Below, piece by piece: positions 1-12,629 of a stretch of DNA of 64,000 nt. The DNA comes from Lingula anatina. Lineage: Eukaryota; Animalia; Brachiopoda. The notes under the pieces were generated by a model that saw only the letters and a list, made by a program, of their open reading frames with translations, had not been told where the DNA came from and ran no database searches. Every line of letters begins with the position of its first letter. The stretch's first letter is position 1. A program made the position numbers and the translations under genes. The stretch spans positions 3,534,001 through 3,598,000 of the forward strand of contig CM120647.1 in NCBI GenBank assembly GCA_051362555.1, given 5' to 3'.

Positions 1-206
1 TTTCCTGTAGTTATTAAAGAGCAGTTATAAAAGCACATCATTGAAAAAGCCTGTCACCCAGTAATTCATTTGAGAAAAATTCCAAAGCTGCCGTACCATA
101 AAATATTCTACCCAGGAAACTCCCAAATGTAAAAAAGAATGCGTTTCTCAAGACAGGGTTCATGCACAACATTTTTTTTCCAAATTGATGTCGGTTTAAC
201 AGATTT

Positions 207-277
207 TGCATCGGTTGGGAATCAAACCCGGACTGCCGGCGTGGCAGGCGAGCATTATCCCACTGTAGCTCGCGTGC
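207..277 (-). pseudogene. Degenerate tRNA-Gly(GCC) copy (tRNA pseudogene or tRNA-derived SINE head)
   Basis: The reverse complement GCACGCGAGCTACAGTGGGATAATGCTCGCCTGCCACGCCGGCAGTCCGGGTTTGATTCCCAACCGATGCA is colinear with metazoan tRNA-Gly-GCC (71 nt, CTGCCAC anticodon loop). The acceptor stem, D-arm and B box (TTTGA instead of TTCGA) are mutated. Confidence 0.8.
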
Positions 278-324
278 TTCAGTTTGCACGGATGGTCCCT
301 GTCCTGTATTTCAGAAAGCGAACG

Positions 325-474
325 TTGCCATTTGGTACAGTTTATGCAATTATTCAGCTAGTCAAAATTCTAATTTCAAAAGGCGGCCATTGGTGTGATT
401 TTTTTTTCAGAAATCGAAGGGGGGAGGAGGGAGGTCAGGGCCCGCACTGACCCCCCCCCCTAAATCCGCCACTG
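325..474. mobile_element. Terminal fragment of a non-autonomous DNA transposon/MITE; same family as 3565-3852
   Basis: Shares TTTGGTAC..AGCTAGTCAAA.TTCTAATTTCAA..TCAGAAA.CGAAGGGG..CCCCC..AAA.CCGCCACTG with 3710-3852 and ends in a CCGCCACTG TIR-like terminus. Confidence 0.6.
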
Positions 475-2589
475 GTATTAAACTACACAATGTAATTTCT
501 TTAACTCTCATTTGAAAAAGGATGTCCTTGTTGAATGTGGTAGACATCATGTTTGTAAAATTTGACGTCATTTACAATGACTACTTTAAAAACAAGTTTA
601 AAATGACAAGGTTTTGCAATTCATAGTTGTAGAAATAAAAAAACTGTCAAATTCAGGGATCATATATGTGACTGCATGTTTTTAATTTCTCTGATATCCA
701 AATGCAGTAAATTACCAGTTGACTTTATTTTGACTTTTAAAGAGCATGCTTATTTATCTCGTTTCTAATAATTTAATGTATGATTTATATTTCTCATTTT
801 TATTGCAGACTAAACAGTTATCTGAAAATTAACTTTCTATGAACACGGCTTGTCACATCTAGGACATTTCCATCAATTCTGTGGTAGACGTCACAACCAT
901 GTTGAGACAAGACAAACGTCACACTATTACCGCGTATAAAGAGTTATTTATTAGATATGGACCGCCCCCCCCCCCATGTCAAAATATCATTTCTCGAGGA
1001 AATAAAATACATGCATCGCTTTAAATTTCATTTCTTTTAAAAGATAAAATTGAATGTCCTTTTAGTGTTGCACTGGCATGTCAAATAATCATGTGATGTA
1101 TGATATGTGTTGAAGACGTGTATGTGGAAAAGTATTGACCACTTGAAATGTTACCATTCGTACATGATATAACTTGTTATTCACTGGTACATGGAAGTAT
1201 TGGCAAGTGCGACTGCCCATAACATAATCCCAGCAGTCGAGTTAAAACTGGCGGCGAATGAGCATGTGTTCGAACTTGACATTTTTTCCTCCCATTCCTA
1301 ACCTGGCATGGTTGGTCAACTTTGTTCAGGTGTAAATACGGTTAGCTGAAAACTTGGTTTTTTAATTTCTATTTCAGACAGCTCTCAGAAGTTCATCATG
1401 TGAGTTTTTTTCTCTAATGACCAAATCTTAAGCTAAGTTATTTTCACCTCACCTGTGATAAAATTAGACCGAAATACATGTAGTGTTTCACCAGCTGGTG
1501 ATAATATACATATTTCTAACTACTCAAAGAAAGAGTTCCCTTGCATTCTCCCGCTCCAATTTATACTTCTGGGGGCCGTGGCTCTCTTCGACGAATTTCC
1601 TCTTCGACAGTTTTAGTTATGATCTGAGTGTTAACTGAGACTGGCGTTTGTTTATGGTAAAATTTGATTTGTTATATAAATGATATTTTTCTCCAAGTGG
1701 TCTTTGATCCTCCTTTTTCTGACACTCGCTGCACCTTTGTAAAAATAAATCTGGAATCATTTAAATAGACGTCTTCGTTACCATGGTCAAGTTATTATAT
1801 TTCGGACGCCACCTAAATCATGTAATATTTTTATTTACAATTGGAGGAAATAAATTTATATTTACAAAAGGTGAACCAGGGCCCCGTAACTCGAAAGCAT
1901 CCCGCATTGCGATCGCTATTCGCAATGCGCGAACAGTTTTCACGCACGCTCATGTCAATATACAGAGACGGGCTACTTATTGCCCCAGCCCTTTATAAGG
2001 AACGAACAAAACCGGTAGTTTTTAATTTTACCTGGTCACTAACATCATCTCGGCATTTTTTCTCTCCGTACCTCATGAAAAAATGACAAGGTTTTACTTT
2101 TTATACCATTCGTTTTTTAAAAATGATCCAAAAATATTCATTAGGTCTAAAAGAACATGAGTATGATTAAAGTAATATGTTCAGTTCGAATACAAAGTTC
2201 TGATTTCGTACGAGCAGCAAAGAAAGGATTATGGAGCAACAAACATCGACAACAACGTTAATTCATGTATAGTCATTTTACATCATATCCAGAAAAAAAA
2301 ACGACAACTAGTTTTTAGTACAATTAAAACGCCTGTGAAAGAACCCGGGACTCTTTCACGTTGTTAAATTCCGTGTAATCTCTCGGTTGAAGTAAAGAAC
2401 CCGACGTTTTTTAACGCGCTGCAAAAATGAATGAATAAATAGATAAAATAAAAATAAATAAATAAAAATGTCTCCTACCTCCAGAATGTTACGACATGTA
2501 TTGTTATAGACAGGTATGAATCAAATTCAAACAGGCTAATTCAGCTTTGATGGAAGCTGTGAAGCGCACACGACTAAGAATGAGTTTTT

Positions 2590-2910
2590 TAAACAAACGT
2601 CAAACACAATTACTACACTCTTCTCTCCGAACATGTAAAAACCCCTATATCCTTTGATTGACAAGATGCCAATCAAATTCATTAGTTTTGATAGCTGCTG
2701 TCAAGTAATAACAGCTTGATTGGCAGGTTATATAAACAAACGTCAATCACAATAATTACACGATGGATCACTATAGTCGTCGAACACGTTTAGTTCAAGC
2801 TTCCTACACCCTTTGATTGACAAGGTGCCAATCAAATTCAGTTAGTTTTGATAGTTGCTGTCAAATAATAACAGTTTGATTGGCAGGTTATATAAACAAA
2901 CGTCAATCAT
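2590..2910. repeat. Tandem duplication of a ~160-bp unit rich in CCAAT/ATTGG motifs
   Basis: CCTTTGATTGACAAG.TGCCAATCAAATTC...GATTGGCAGGTTATATAAACAAACGTCAATCA occurs at ~2651 and ~2810. Confidence 0.75.
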
Positions 2911-3564
2911 CGCGCACTGTGATTTCTCTCGCTGTGAATCAGTGAGTACGCCGAAAGAGAGCGCTAAAATCTGAAGTTAGGATAATAATTTTTTTGCAAA
3001 ATATATCAAGAGAATATATACAACCTGTTTCCAATACTACTTCTCTTTCTGAACCTTCAGCGTGTCTAATACGACACTATATTACAAACTATTTCGTAAA
3101 GAAGTATGACATTTGATGTTATTCTGGAGGTAGCGCATAGGCCATTTCAAAATTAATACAACTATGTCCCCCAGTATGTGCGAGGAAGAAGAAAGAAAAA
3201 ATGTTTTTGAATTATGTATAGAATATTGACAGATTATTTTACTGTCAAAGTCTACTTTCTGCAAAATAAATAAATAAATAAATAAAAACGATACTAATTC
3301 ATCTCCATTAAAGGTGACATTCGTGTTGTGGTGGAGGTAAGTGGTTTAATTTTTGATGCGGGGCTAAATGTTAGCAAGGACCTGTGATAATAAGTGGATG
3401 GGAAACAAAAATATAACTGTAAACAAAAATATTACTGTCAACAACTCTCTAGACATTTACTTTTTGTGCGTCGTCCGTTCCTATTTAACAAACAAACCTT
3501 GCTCCTGTAACTATTTTGTTAGTTTATTTTACTGCAGTAAAGCGTGGATGAAATAGTTCAGAAC

Positions 3565-3852
3565 GCCCCCGGGATTAGGCCTACTTGAAGAGGATTCGGA
3601 GCGACAGGCCTCGGATGCGAAGCCGACCATCGCGCCATTGGTGTGGGGTTTGGGGCCTGCTCAACGGCCCCGACAAAAAATAAAGTGTTTTGGAGAGCAA
3701 ACAGTGCCCTTTGGTACGGTTTAGAAGTATGATTTAGCTAGTCAAATTCTAATTTCAAGAGGGGAATATGGGTGTGCTATATTTTTCAGAAACCGAAGGG
3801 GAGGGTGGGGGGTTAGGGCCACCTGACCCCCCTCCTCTAAACCCGCCACTGG
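3565..3852. mobile_element. Non-autonomous DNA transposon/MITE fragment; same family as 325-474
   Basis: Sequence similarity to 325-474; ends AAACCCGCCACTG. Confidence 0.6.
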
Positions 3853-4380
3853 CGCTTTAAAACACATCAACACATCAAGATGCAAAAATGAAGCGACCGA
3901 TCTAGGTCTAGGACATGTGAAATCATGCAGATATTTTCTGACTCACGTCTCGCCAGCATGCATAGTTTTCATATTCAGTAACGAAGTTTTGGGTAACGAA
4001 ATATTAAAAAAAAAAAAAAAAAAACAACGTTTTTGTGCGATATTAGCACGGTTCTAATGCCAGCAAATATTAGACTGCGTCAACGGGGTATTACGGGATG
4101 CACCTTTATTCTACTGATACGGCGTGTACTCAACTTCAAGTACATTTTTCGCAGTGCCTGCTAACGAAGATTTTGCAAATTACTTCCAAAAAAGAAAGCA
4201 GTGTTGCCGTACGTGTTTCGTGTAAAACATTTTAACGTTCCCTGTCACCATATTGTCTTGCTATTTATGGACGTACTTGAGTCGACGATTTTTACTGGTT
4301 TAAATATTACAATAATACCAAAGAACTAAAATATGACCTTCATTATAGGAAGTCACGCATTTTATTTCTTTTTTTTAATG

Positions 4381-4552
4381 CCGGTGTCACGAAACTGAGG
4401 GTCCGTGTGACAGAAAGTCCGCCCTCCATATAGTTACAATGGTTAGGGTTAGTTTGACCTAAGTGGGTCAAAATCAAGGGCGAGGCTCACCTGTACAAAG
4501 TAATGGGAAGCGGACTCTCTGTCACGGGGGACTTTCTGGTACATGACACCGG
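4381..4552. mobile_element. MITE with CCGGTGTCA...TGACACCGG TIRs and an internal GGTTAGGGTTAG
   Basis: 9-bp terminal inverted repeat plus subterminal inverted GTGACAGAAAGTCCG / CGGACTCTCTGTCAC. Confidence 0.7.
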
Positions 4553-4910
4553 GCGACGCCACGAAAGTAGCAGCAAGCTTTTTATTGCGTTATTTGAAAT
4601 ACACATTCCAGACATTTTCTGAGACGTTAGACAACCTACATCTTGGCAAGATGCAATCTTTCTACATTAATAAAATTGACTAAATCTATTGGAGAATGAG
4701 AGATGCACTGCTAGCGACAGTAACGAAGGTGTAAAGTGTGGTCCGTTTTTTTTTCTTGTTTTGTCAGAACAGATGCATCTAGCAATTATTTTTTTTTCAG
4801 TAATTTAAGTTGCTTGACTGACTAAAATTCCAATTCTTCTGCTCGCATACTTTTGATAAAATGAAAAGAGTGAGATGGTCTTATTCGGTATAGGCCTATG
4901 TTGAGAGTAT

Positions 4911-5125
4911 CACCCCATTCTCATAGATTAGATCGACCTACATTGGATCGACCTAACTCCCTGGGGGTTCACGCTAAATAGCTGTCAGCCGGGCGGACAC
5001 GAAAGTTAATTACCCCTTACAGATTGTAGTAGGCGGGGACGGACACTTAAGGCGGATTATCTGACAGTAATCTAGTGAGACTCCCCGCGGTGATAGATCG
5101 ATCTAAAAGTTGTGAGAACAGAGCC
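4911..5125 (+). mobile_element. ~215-bp PIF/Harbinger (Tourist-like) MITE, copy 1 of 5
   Basis: Same internal sequence (GATCGACCTAACTCCCTGGGGGTTCACGCTAAATAGCTGTCAGC...CTAGTGAGACTCCCC) as the copies at 53093, 54171, 55946 and 58260; TIRs CCCCATTC.CA.AGAT. Confidence 0.85.
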
Positions 5126-6049
5126 TTAGTGTAAATCACGCAGTCGAATGACTCGAGTTATTTTAATGTCCATTCAGGACAGAGGATCCAAGGATCTAAG
5201 GATTCATGGATCAAATATAAAATTTTAAAAGGGCTTTAATTTGACTTAAGTCCGAGCAACGATTTTCGACTTCATGCCTTCCTGGAGAGAAAAGCAAAAC
5301 ACACCCGTCTGGGGAGGGGCCTGGGTGGGCACTTTGAATTAATTCTAGCACGTTTTGTTTAAGAGCTACCAGCAATCCATATATTTTTGGTGGGTACTAA
5401 GTATGCAATCCTTAATCAGTGAAATTTTCAATCATGATATTACTTCAATTCAGAACACCCAAGTCCGTTTTGGGTCCTTAATTGGATAGAATCTTCAAGT
5501 GGGGTTTCAAAAATCTATGATCATTAAAGGACAACTACTCATTTTCAAGATTTTTTTAATTTCTTTAATTACTAGTAATATTTAACTTACACAACATTTA
5601 TGAATATTCACATAGTAAGCATAAACATATAAAAGGAATGACTTTATCAATATCACATAATGCACAGAAATATCACAGAATATTTCACAGAATGAAATAT
5701 AGCTAAAACTTATAGAATTTAAAAAGATAAAAATATTATGAGAAAATATATTTTCACATTCTGCTCTCCATTTTGAAAATAAACATGCCCTTAAAAAGTA
5801 CATACAGATGTAAAACAAAACCACTCTTATATAACTTTGCAAAAATCATTACCTAAGTCTTGATAGTCATTAAAATACAAGTAACAAAAACATTCTCAAC
5901 AAAAACATTGAAAACTTTTATAAGGAACACATGTTATTCACAATTTTCAATCATTTCTACTTATTGCAACTGAGATATTAAACACTGTCAACCAACTCAC
6001 TGGTAACTATATATGTCATAAAAAGACAAGCCATTTTGGTAGAAGCAAT

Positions 6050-6420
6050 TGTCTAAGTCACACATATCCATGTCTTAAGGTACAATCAGATTGAAAAATA
6101 GGTCAACCTTCTTGGTACAACAAATGACCTTTATCTAAGTCACACATATCCATGTATTATGTTACATTTAGATGAAAAAATAGGTCAGCCTTCTTGGTAC
6201 AACTGAAGACATTTATCTAAATCACACATATCCAAGTCTTAAGTTATATTTAAATGAAAAGAAGGCCAGCCTTCTTGGTACTACCAATGACATTGATTTA
6301 AGTCACAAATGTCTTAAATTAGGAGATTGAAAAATATGTCAGCCTTCACACCTATCCATGTCTTAAGTTATAATAAAAATAGGTCAACCTTATTGGTTCA
6401 ACCAAAAACATCTAGGTTAG
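6050..6420. repeat. Diverged ~80-85-bp tandem repeat, 4-5 copies
   Basis: Recurrent CTAAGTCACACATATCCATGTCTTAAG...AAAAATAGGTCA.CCTTCTTGGTACAAC. Confidence 0.8.
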
Positions 6421-6461
6421 TAAGCTGAACTCACCAGAGACACCCATACCAGTTCCAAGCA

Positions 6462-6547
6462 GCCACACCCATCACAAGGCACACCCATCACAAGGCACAC
6501 CCATTACAAACCACACCCATCACAAGCCACACCCATCACAAGCCACA
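6462..6547. repeat. 17-bp minisatellite (CACACCCATCACAAGSC), about 5 copies
   Basis: Directly visible tandem units. Confidence 0.9.
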
Positions 6548-6689
6548 GCAGTTAGTGCAAGGCTACCATACTTAACTACAGTTGCTGGTTTTTTTTTTTT
6601 GTTGTTGTTGTTGTTTTGACAAATCTTACTGTTTTGTGCACCTTTTATTTCACTGGACACATGCTTACTAGTAACTTGGGTGTTTAAAA

Positions 6690-6984
6690 GAATGGGTACA
6701 AAAAGAATGGTATGAACAGGATATGATTTGTCAGAATAAAGGGGCTAATCAAAAGAGATTCGACAGTACCAGTTCTTGCTGCCTCTGGCATGCAAAATGC
6801 TGCATGTGTAAGATGGCATGACAACAAGGTTGTGCCCCTTATATTGGCGTATGTTGCAGTGGACCTTATTGGCAAAACTTGGCGGTGGAGCAAAAGAGAC
6901 TGTCAATACATTGATACTGATCGTCCAAGGATCGAAGAAGAGTACAACAAGTTCATGGGGGGCATTGATATGTTGTATATGTGA
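6690..6984 (+). mobile_element. piggyBac transposase remnant (C-terminal part of the DDD core)
   Basis: VRWHDNKVV...RWSKRDCQYIDTDRPRIEEEYNKFMGGIDML matches the piggyBac W.DNK.V and YNK.MGGVD..D motifs. Fragmentary, with stops upstream. Confidence 0.85.
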
Positions 6985-7659
6985 ACTTGTATTGATAGCC
7001 CTACAGGTCTTAGAGATGGTATATGCACCTCTTTTTGCATTCAATGACTATGTGTTGTAAAGTTAATGACTTACACTTACACTAATTACAATTGGTAATA
7101 AAAGGAAAATCAGAGTGGTATTGAGTGTAAGTTAAGTTTCATCAAGAGTCAACAAATTAAAATAATTAAAATAGTTTTTTTGAAAATTTTTAGGAGAAAA
7201 CAAGGCTCTTAGACATTGCCTAATAAGGGAATGTTCTATGGTAAAGTCAACGTGAGGATGGAAAGTTTCTGGAAATCACACCGTAAACAGTGAAAAGAAC
7301 ATAATTACACCTGTGATAAATACGGAGAATAAGAGCGATGAAAAAATGATTGAGGAATCCAGAGCGTTGTCATCGTTAAAATAAGTGGTGGAGGAAGAAA
7401 CCGGTCCTGGCTCTACCGATGCAAAGTGAACAACCGGAGAATTGGAGTCGTCCAGCAGCAAACACAAGAATAGCTGTACAGAAGAAACTATTTGCGTCAG
7501 GCGCCGAAGGGAAAACACCTCAAAGACTGGAGAAAACATCAACTTTTTCTCCAGTTATCATGCAGTTACTATTTTTTTAAATATCGTTTTATTCAACTTC
7601 TGTATCCACTCTTTTCAATTTTAAAATATTAAGTAATATTTACAGGGTCATTTACAAAA

Positions 7660-7855
7660 TGCTTGAAAACTTAGGAGAATTCAATTAGAGGACAACGAGG
7701 GTATAGTCAATGTCAACTTGTGGAATAATGCTGCGACTACTAACATAGAAGTGGGCGACTAGATTGAAACTCATGATGTTAATGTGTCCTATGATAAAGT
7801 GATCGGGAAAAATGTGCTCTCTGTCAACAGACCTGACCAACTTGCTTCAATAGTG
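7660..7855 (+). pseudogene. OB-fold (RPA/SSB-like) coding remnant, probably Polinton cargo
   Basis: Manual translation QLEDNEGIVNVNLWNNAATTNIEVGD*IETHDVNVSYDKVIGKNVLSVN fits the OB-fold pattern L.D..G.I.V.LW....GD.I....V.V; it has one in-frame stop. Confidence 0.55.
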
Positions 7856-8969
7856 ATAGGAACTGCTTCTGTATAAGCCTCATCTAGAACCATTTGCATG
7901 TTACATAATGAACAGAGAAAAGATCAGAGATTTAAGGCGCTTTGCAGTATTCACTTGGAGACATATAACTGCTTGTTGTGAATTGTATTTTAGGAACATA
8001 TTAAATAGGTCAATAAATATCCTTTATTATCACTAAAGCCCAGTGTTGCATATGTGCAACATTTCTTAAATTGGGGTCAATGAGTGCAATAATCCAAAAT
8101 AAATGCAAAAAGTATATTTATAGACCCGAAATGTTCCGATAACAGTCCTGGAATTTTTTTTTTTTTTTTTTTTTGACAGCGTTTTGGTTCCCTGGGCTTT
8201 GCAGGGCTAGAGCCAGTACAAAAACACGCAAAGTGTGGGTTGGATATCAGCAAGCCTATTTTGAACAGAGGCGAGCTGCATGTCTGCCTAAGACTGTGGG
8301 CAGAGAGGGGGGGGGATTAGCTCCCTCAGAAATTTTAATATCAAATATCAATGATATGCTTAAAGATATCAAAGAATTATAGATAAAATGGGACAGTTGT
8401 CATAATGCAAATTTGTCAAAAAGCAAATTTTTAAAGTTTATGTAATTATGTGGTAATAGCTGAAGTCTCAGATTGAAGTCATAAAGAATGCTTGTTTAGT
8501 TCACTCTATTTATGAATCACCAACTGTTTCCAAGTAATTTAGATACGTTTTGACCACCAATATCGTATGGTCATTATTGGCTCTGATTTATGACTAGTCT
8601 TCTGATTTCTAACCATTCATCTAGCTATTGGTCATCTAATGTCCATCAGTTTATTACTATAGGAAATGATGTTCTTCCGGTGGTCAATTGACCAATTGAG
8701 TTCTAAATCTACTCCCACACAAATTAAAAGTATAAGAAGTAACATGCTGGTTACCAAGAATCAGATTGTTGCTAGCTCTTGCACTGATACTAGCAGATGA
8801 GTACAGAGTGACTCGCTCGAAGCAGCAGTAAAGAGTTGATTTGCAGTTTGGTTGAATAAAGCTGTTCTCTCTCTCTCCTAAGCTGGTGTTCTGCCTCTTG
8901 CTTTCGCCAAGCGCAAGAAAGCACACGTGACCGGTATTATATATACTCATGGTTTTTAAACCCTCATAA

Positions 8970-9830
8970 TAATGTCTCAATTCTTCAAACTTAGTGATGA
9001 TATCATGGGCACTGTATGCCAAAGCAAACAGGGGGTTGCTTAGATTGTCTTCAGCGAATTACATATATTAAACAAGATTCGACTGTTGAGAGAGGCATAG
9101 CAAGATTTCCAACAGATTGTACCTGTTGTTCAAGCTGCTATGACAGAAGACACTGAAACAGACCAGCAGGTGGGAGAAAACCATGGCATTTGGGTGATGT
9201 ACAACATCGAGGAGGAGGAATGGCTGCTGAAGATTGTTTACCAACCAGTAAGTCAAGCTTATGCTCCAATATATACGATGTAACACTTGATAAAAGTACA
9301 TGGGAGGCATTGCTGACCAAAGAACCTGAAATAAATGAGGCATTGGGCGTAATCCCTCCGACATCGACCAGTGCCCAGTCAAAAATGGGCGATGATAAAA
9401 TGGTCGGGGCAGAGAACGACATAGAAGCAGACGTAGCGTTAGTTTGTCCCATCTATGAAGTTCATTGTGAAAGAATTACTGGCCATGTGACGAAGGTTCT
9501 GCACTGGATGTATAGCCGATCACGGACCCCAAAAGCATCACATGGATGGATGCATGGCAGACTGGGCGGTTTCGGTACACATCTACTTCACCAGGGCAAA
9601 AGCTGCTGTGAGCCATGGGGAAATACTGAAGGCCTACAAACTGGTGAAGCAAAAATTGAATTAGCCAGAAAATCTGTACATCCTTTCCATCATCATGACT
9701 GCTGCGTTGCTGGAAGATTTTCGCAAAGATGTGGAAGATCCAAACCATGTGTTAGTCCCTGACACTGTCCTTGCAAGATTTGCCTACGATGCGTGTGAGA
9801 TAGTCTGTGTCAAACGCAACCCACAATGAA
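8970..9830 (+). pseudogene. Polinton-type PC4-like + CxGCxxxHxxQxxH protein remnant, copy A
   Basis: VTLDKSTWEALLTKEPEINEAL resembles the C-terminal helix of PC4/p15. It is followed, after a frameshift, by the FCTGC.ADHGPQKHHM motif typical of a small conserved Polinton ORF. Confidence 0.55.
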
Positions 9831-10344
9831 CACTGGACAGTAAAGGACAATTAGCATTGTGGATGTGAACTGAATAAAAATTAAGATTTGCATTAAGATA
9901 ATGTATGTAAAGATGTACAACAGAAAAAGACATTTGATTGGATAAAGTAATTGTATCACAATATAAGAAGAAGCTTGACTGGTTAAAATAATAACATTAT
10001 AATATAAGAATTAGTTTGATTGGTTGAAATACAAGATACATTATCAATATGAAAGCAAATAAAATAATAAGACTGAAGTGCTTTTTTATAATGATTTGAT
10101 TATCTAGAATTGATGATGGACATCTAAAATCAGATGCAGGGGTGGGGGATAAGGTCGAGCATGCCTTGTGCAAAAGAAGAAGGTTGCACTCTGAGCTTTC
10201 TTAATTGGCCATGCAAATTACTAGTCAATCCAATACCCTTAGAAGTAGAAGGAGAAAAAGAGATATGTCCGATCACTGGTTATTTTTAACGAATCTTGTA
10301 CTGGATAACCTAGCAGATATTAGAGAAAAATGTTTTAGTGGATT

Positions 10345-11543
10345 TACTTTTGCAGTGCCAATAGAGCATGCAGTTTTTGACAGTATTTTCTCTGAGATAA
10401 CGGCTGGATTTCAAGGTCACGATTTAATCAGGGTAGTCCTTCAGAGTGACACTTTAGAACACCCTGTGTCCACTCCCTTTGTGGGCGTGTCAGAATTATC
10501 AGCAGACCTATTTTTGGCTGCATTGATGTGTGTGTTGCAAAGTCACGGAGATTTCAGGTTAGACAGCAAAGTGATATTAAGTATATGTCACATAGCTATG
10601 TCACAACCAGGCCTCGTCTCCTGTAACAGACGTAGAGGTTCTATGGAGGTGCATTCGTTCTTGAAAAAAAAAAAAAATCGGTCAACCATTCGTAATAGTG
10701 ATGAACTTTGTCTAGCTAGGGGATTAGCTGTTGTTATAGCAGCATGATCACCTCCATCAAAGGTTTCATGTCGCGTTTGTATTATTGCGTCTCCTGTAAT
10801 GTAGGGTACGAGAGCATAACCGATCATCTTTGTGCAAACAAATGCAGGTATTGTAGAAAGGGCACCGATTGTGTTTTTGAAAATTGGACGCGCAGTGAAG
10901 ACTGCAACAGGGCTTTTCTTTCCCACGCATGTTTTGAGTATCATAAACATGTGGAGAATGGGAAGTCAACCTGCAACACTTTTTTTTTACTTGCAAGAAG
11001 TGCAGCAAATTTGTGGTTAAAACTGAAGAAGATCACATTTGCTTCACATATAGTTGCACTATGTGCAAAGCATGTGTAAAACAAGGACACTTGTGCCACA
11101 TGCAACCCTTGCAAAGTAAAAATGATCCTGCACAAGGTGAATCTAGCACCTCTAGATCTGCAAAGAAAAAGAGAAAAGTCGATAAAACCATGCCCTACAT
11201 ATTCTTTGATTTTGAAGCAATGCAAAAAGGGAATGGCGATCATAAGGCAAATTTAGTGGTCGCACACAAGATGTGTAAGCATTGTATCGATAGGGAGGTC
11301 ACGCCCACAAGCGAATGTGCGGCATCAGTCTAAATTACACCACCTCACAAATAGTTAACTTTGAAACTTTGAAGAACATGGTGCACAAAGAAGGCCAAGA
11401 AAAAGTAACTGTGACGAATCATAAGGTGTAACGTTACAACTAAGGACCTCACTTCAAAGTTAGAAGAAAAGACCTATAGAATGGTCTACACAAAGAGAGC
11501 TTTAATGCCAGACAGCATTCACACACTTCCATATGGTTACTAA
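10345..11543 (+). pseudogene. Polinton pPolB fragments, copy A (frameshifted, core deleted)
   Basis: ORFs 10205-10747, 10744-11079 and 11013-11333 plus the TLPYGY* end at ~11543. Confidence 0.85.
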
Positions 11544-11589
11544 GCGGAGAACGATATAGAAGCAGACATAGCGTTAGTTCATCTCATCT

Positions 11590-11922
11590 ATGAAGTTCAT
11601 TGTGAAAGAATTACTGGCCATGCAACTATGGTTCTGCACTGGATGTAGAGCCGATCACGGACCCCAAAAGCATCACATGGATGGATGCATGGCAGACTGG
11701 GCGGTTTCTGTACACATCTACTTCACCAGGGCAAAAGCTGCTGTGAGCCATGGGGCAATACTGAAGGCCTACAAACTGGTGAAGCAAAAATTGAATCAGC
11801 CAGAAAATCCGTATATCCTTTCCATCATCATGACAGCTGCGTTGCTGGAAGATTTTCGCAAAGATGTGGAAGATCTTAACCATGTGTTAGTCCCTGACAC
11901 TGTCCTTGCAAGATTTGCCTAA
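11590..11922 (+). pseudogene. Polinton CxGCxxxHxxQxxH small ORF, copy B
   Basis: FCTGCRADHGPQKHHMDGCM; duplicate of 9455-9790. Confidence 0.6.
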
Positions 11923-12629
11923 GATGCGCGTGAGACAGTCTGTGTCAAACGCAACCCACAATGAACACTGGACAGTAAAAGACAATTAGCATTGTGGATG
12001 TGAACAGGATAACAATTAAGATTTGCATTAAGATAATGTATGTAAAGATGTACAACAGAAAAACACATTTGATTGGATAAAGTAATTGTATCACAATATA
12101 AGAAGAAGTTTGACAGGTTGAAATAATTACATTATAATATAAAAATTAGTTTGATTGGTTGAAATACAAGATACATTATCAATATAAAGGCAAATAAAAT
12201 AATAAGATTGAAGTCTTTTTTATAATGATTTGATTATTTAGAACGGATGATGGACATGTAGAATTGGATGTAGGGGTGGGGGATAAGGCCGAGCATGCCT
12301 TATACAAAAGAAGAAGGTTGAATTCCTAGCTTTCTTGATTGGCCATGCAAATTACTAGTCAATCCAATACCCTTAGAAGTAGAAGAAGAAAAAAAAAAAG
12401 AGATATGCCCGATCACAGGGTATTTTTCATGGATCTTGTACTGGATAACCTAGCAGATATTAGAGAAGAATGTTTTTGTGAATTTTGCCAGTGAGTGCGT
12501 ATGAAAAACACAATTTGCCTGTGCAATCTTTTCATTGATTATTCTTTGCTTTAGTTGAGATTGCAGTGGTACTGTGGTAGTATTTTTACAAGGGAATAAG
12601 ACCAGATTTCATATTTAATTGTGTTGACC

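Noticed and set aside
207-277. Functional tRNA-Gly gene
   Set aside because: The acceptor stem does not pair, the D-loop and B box are mutated, and no oligo-T terminator follows.
38-5842. Short ORFs in the first 6 kb, a plus-strand micro-exon-like segment (1378-1399), and most other <120-aa ORFs in the track
   Set aside because: No recognisable domains or consistent splice partners; most overlap MITEs or are antisense shadows of real exons.
6050-6547. Regularly spaced repeats that could be taken for a CRISPR array
   Set aside because: Units are contiguous diverged tandem repeats with no unique spacers, in a eukaryotic context with no cas genes.
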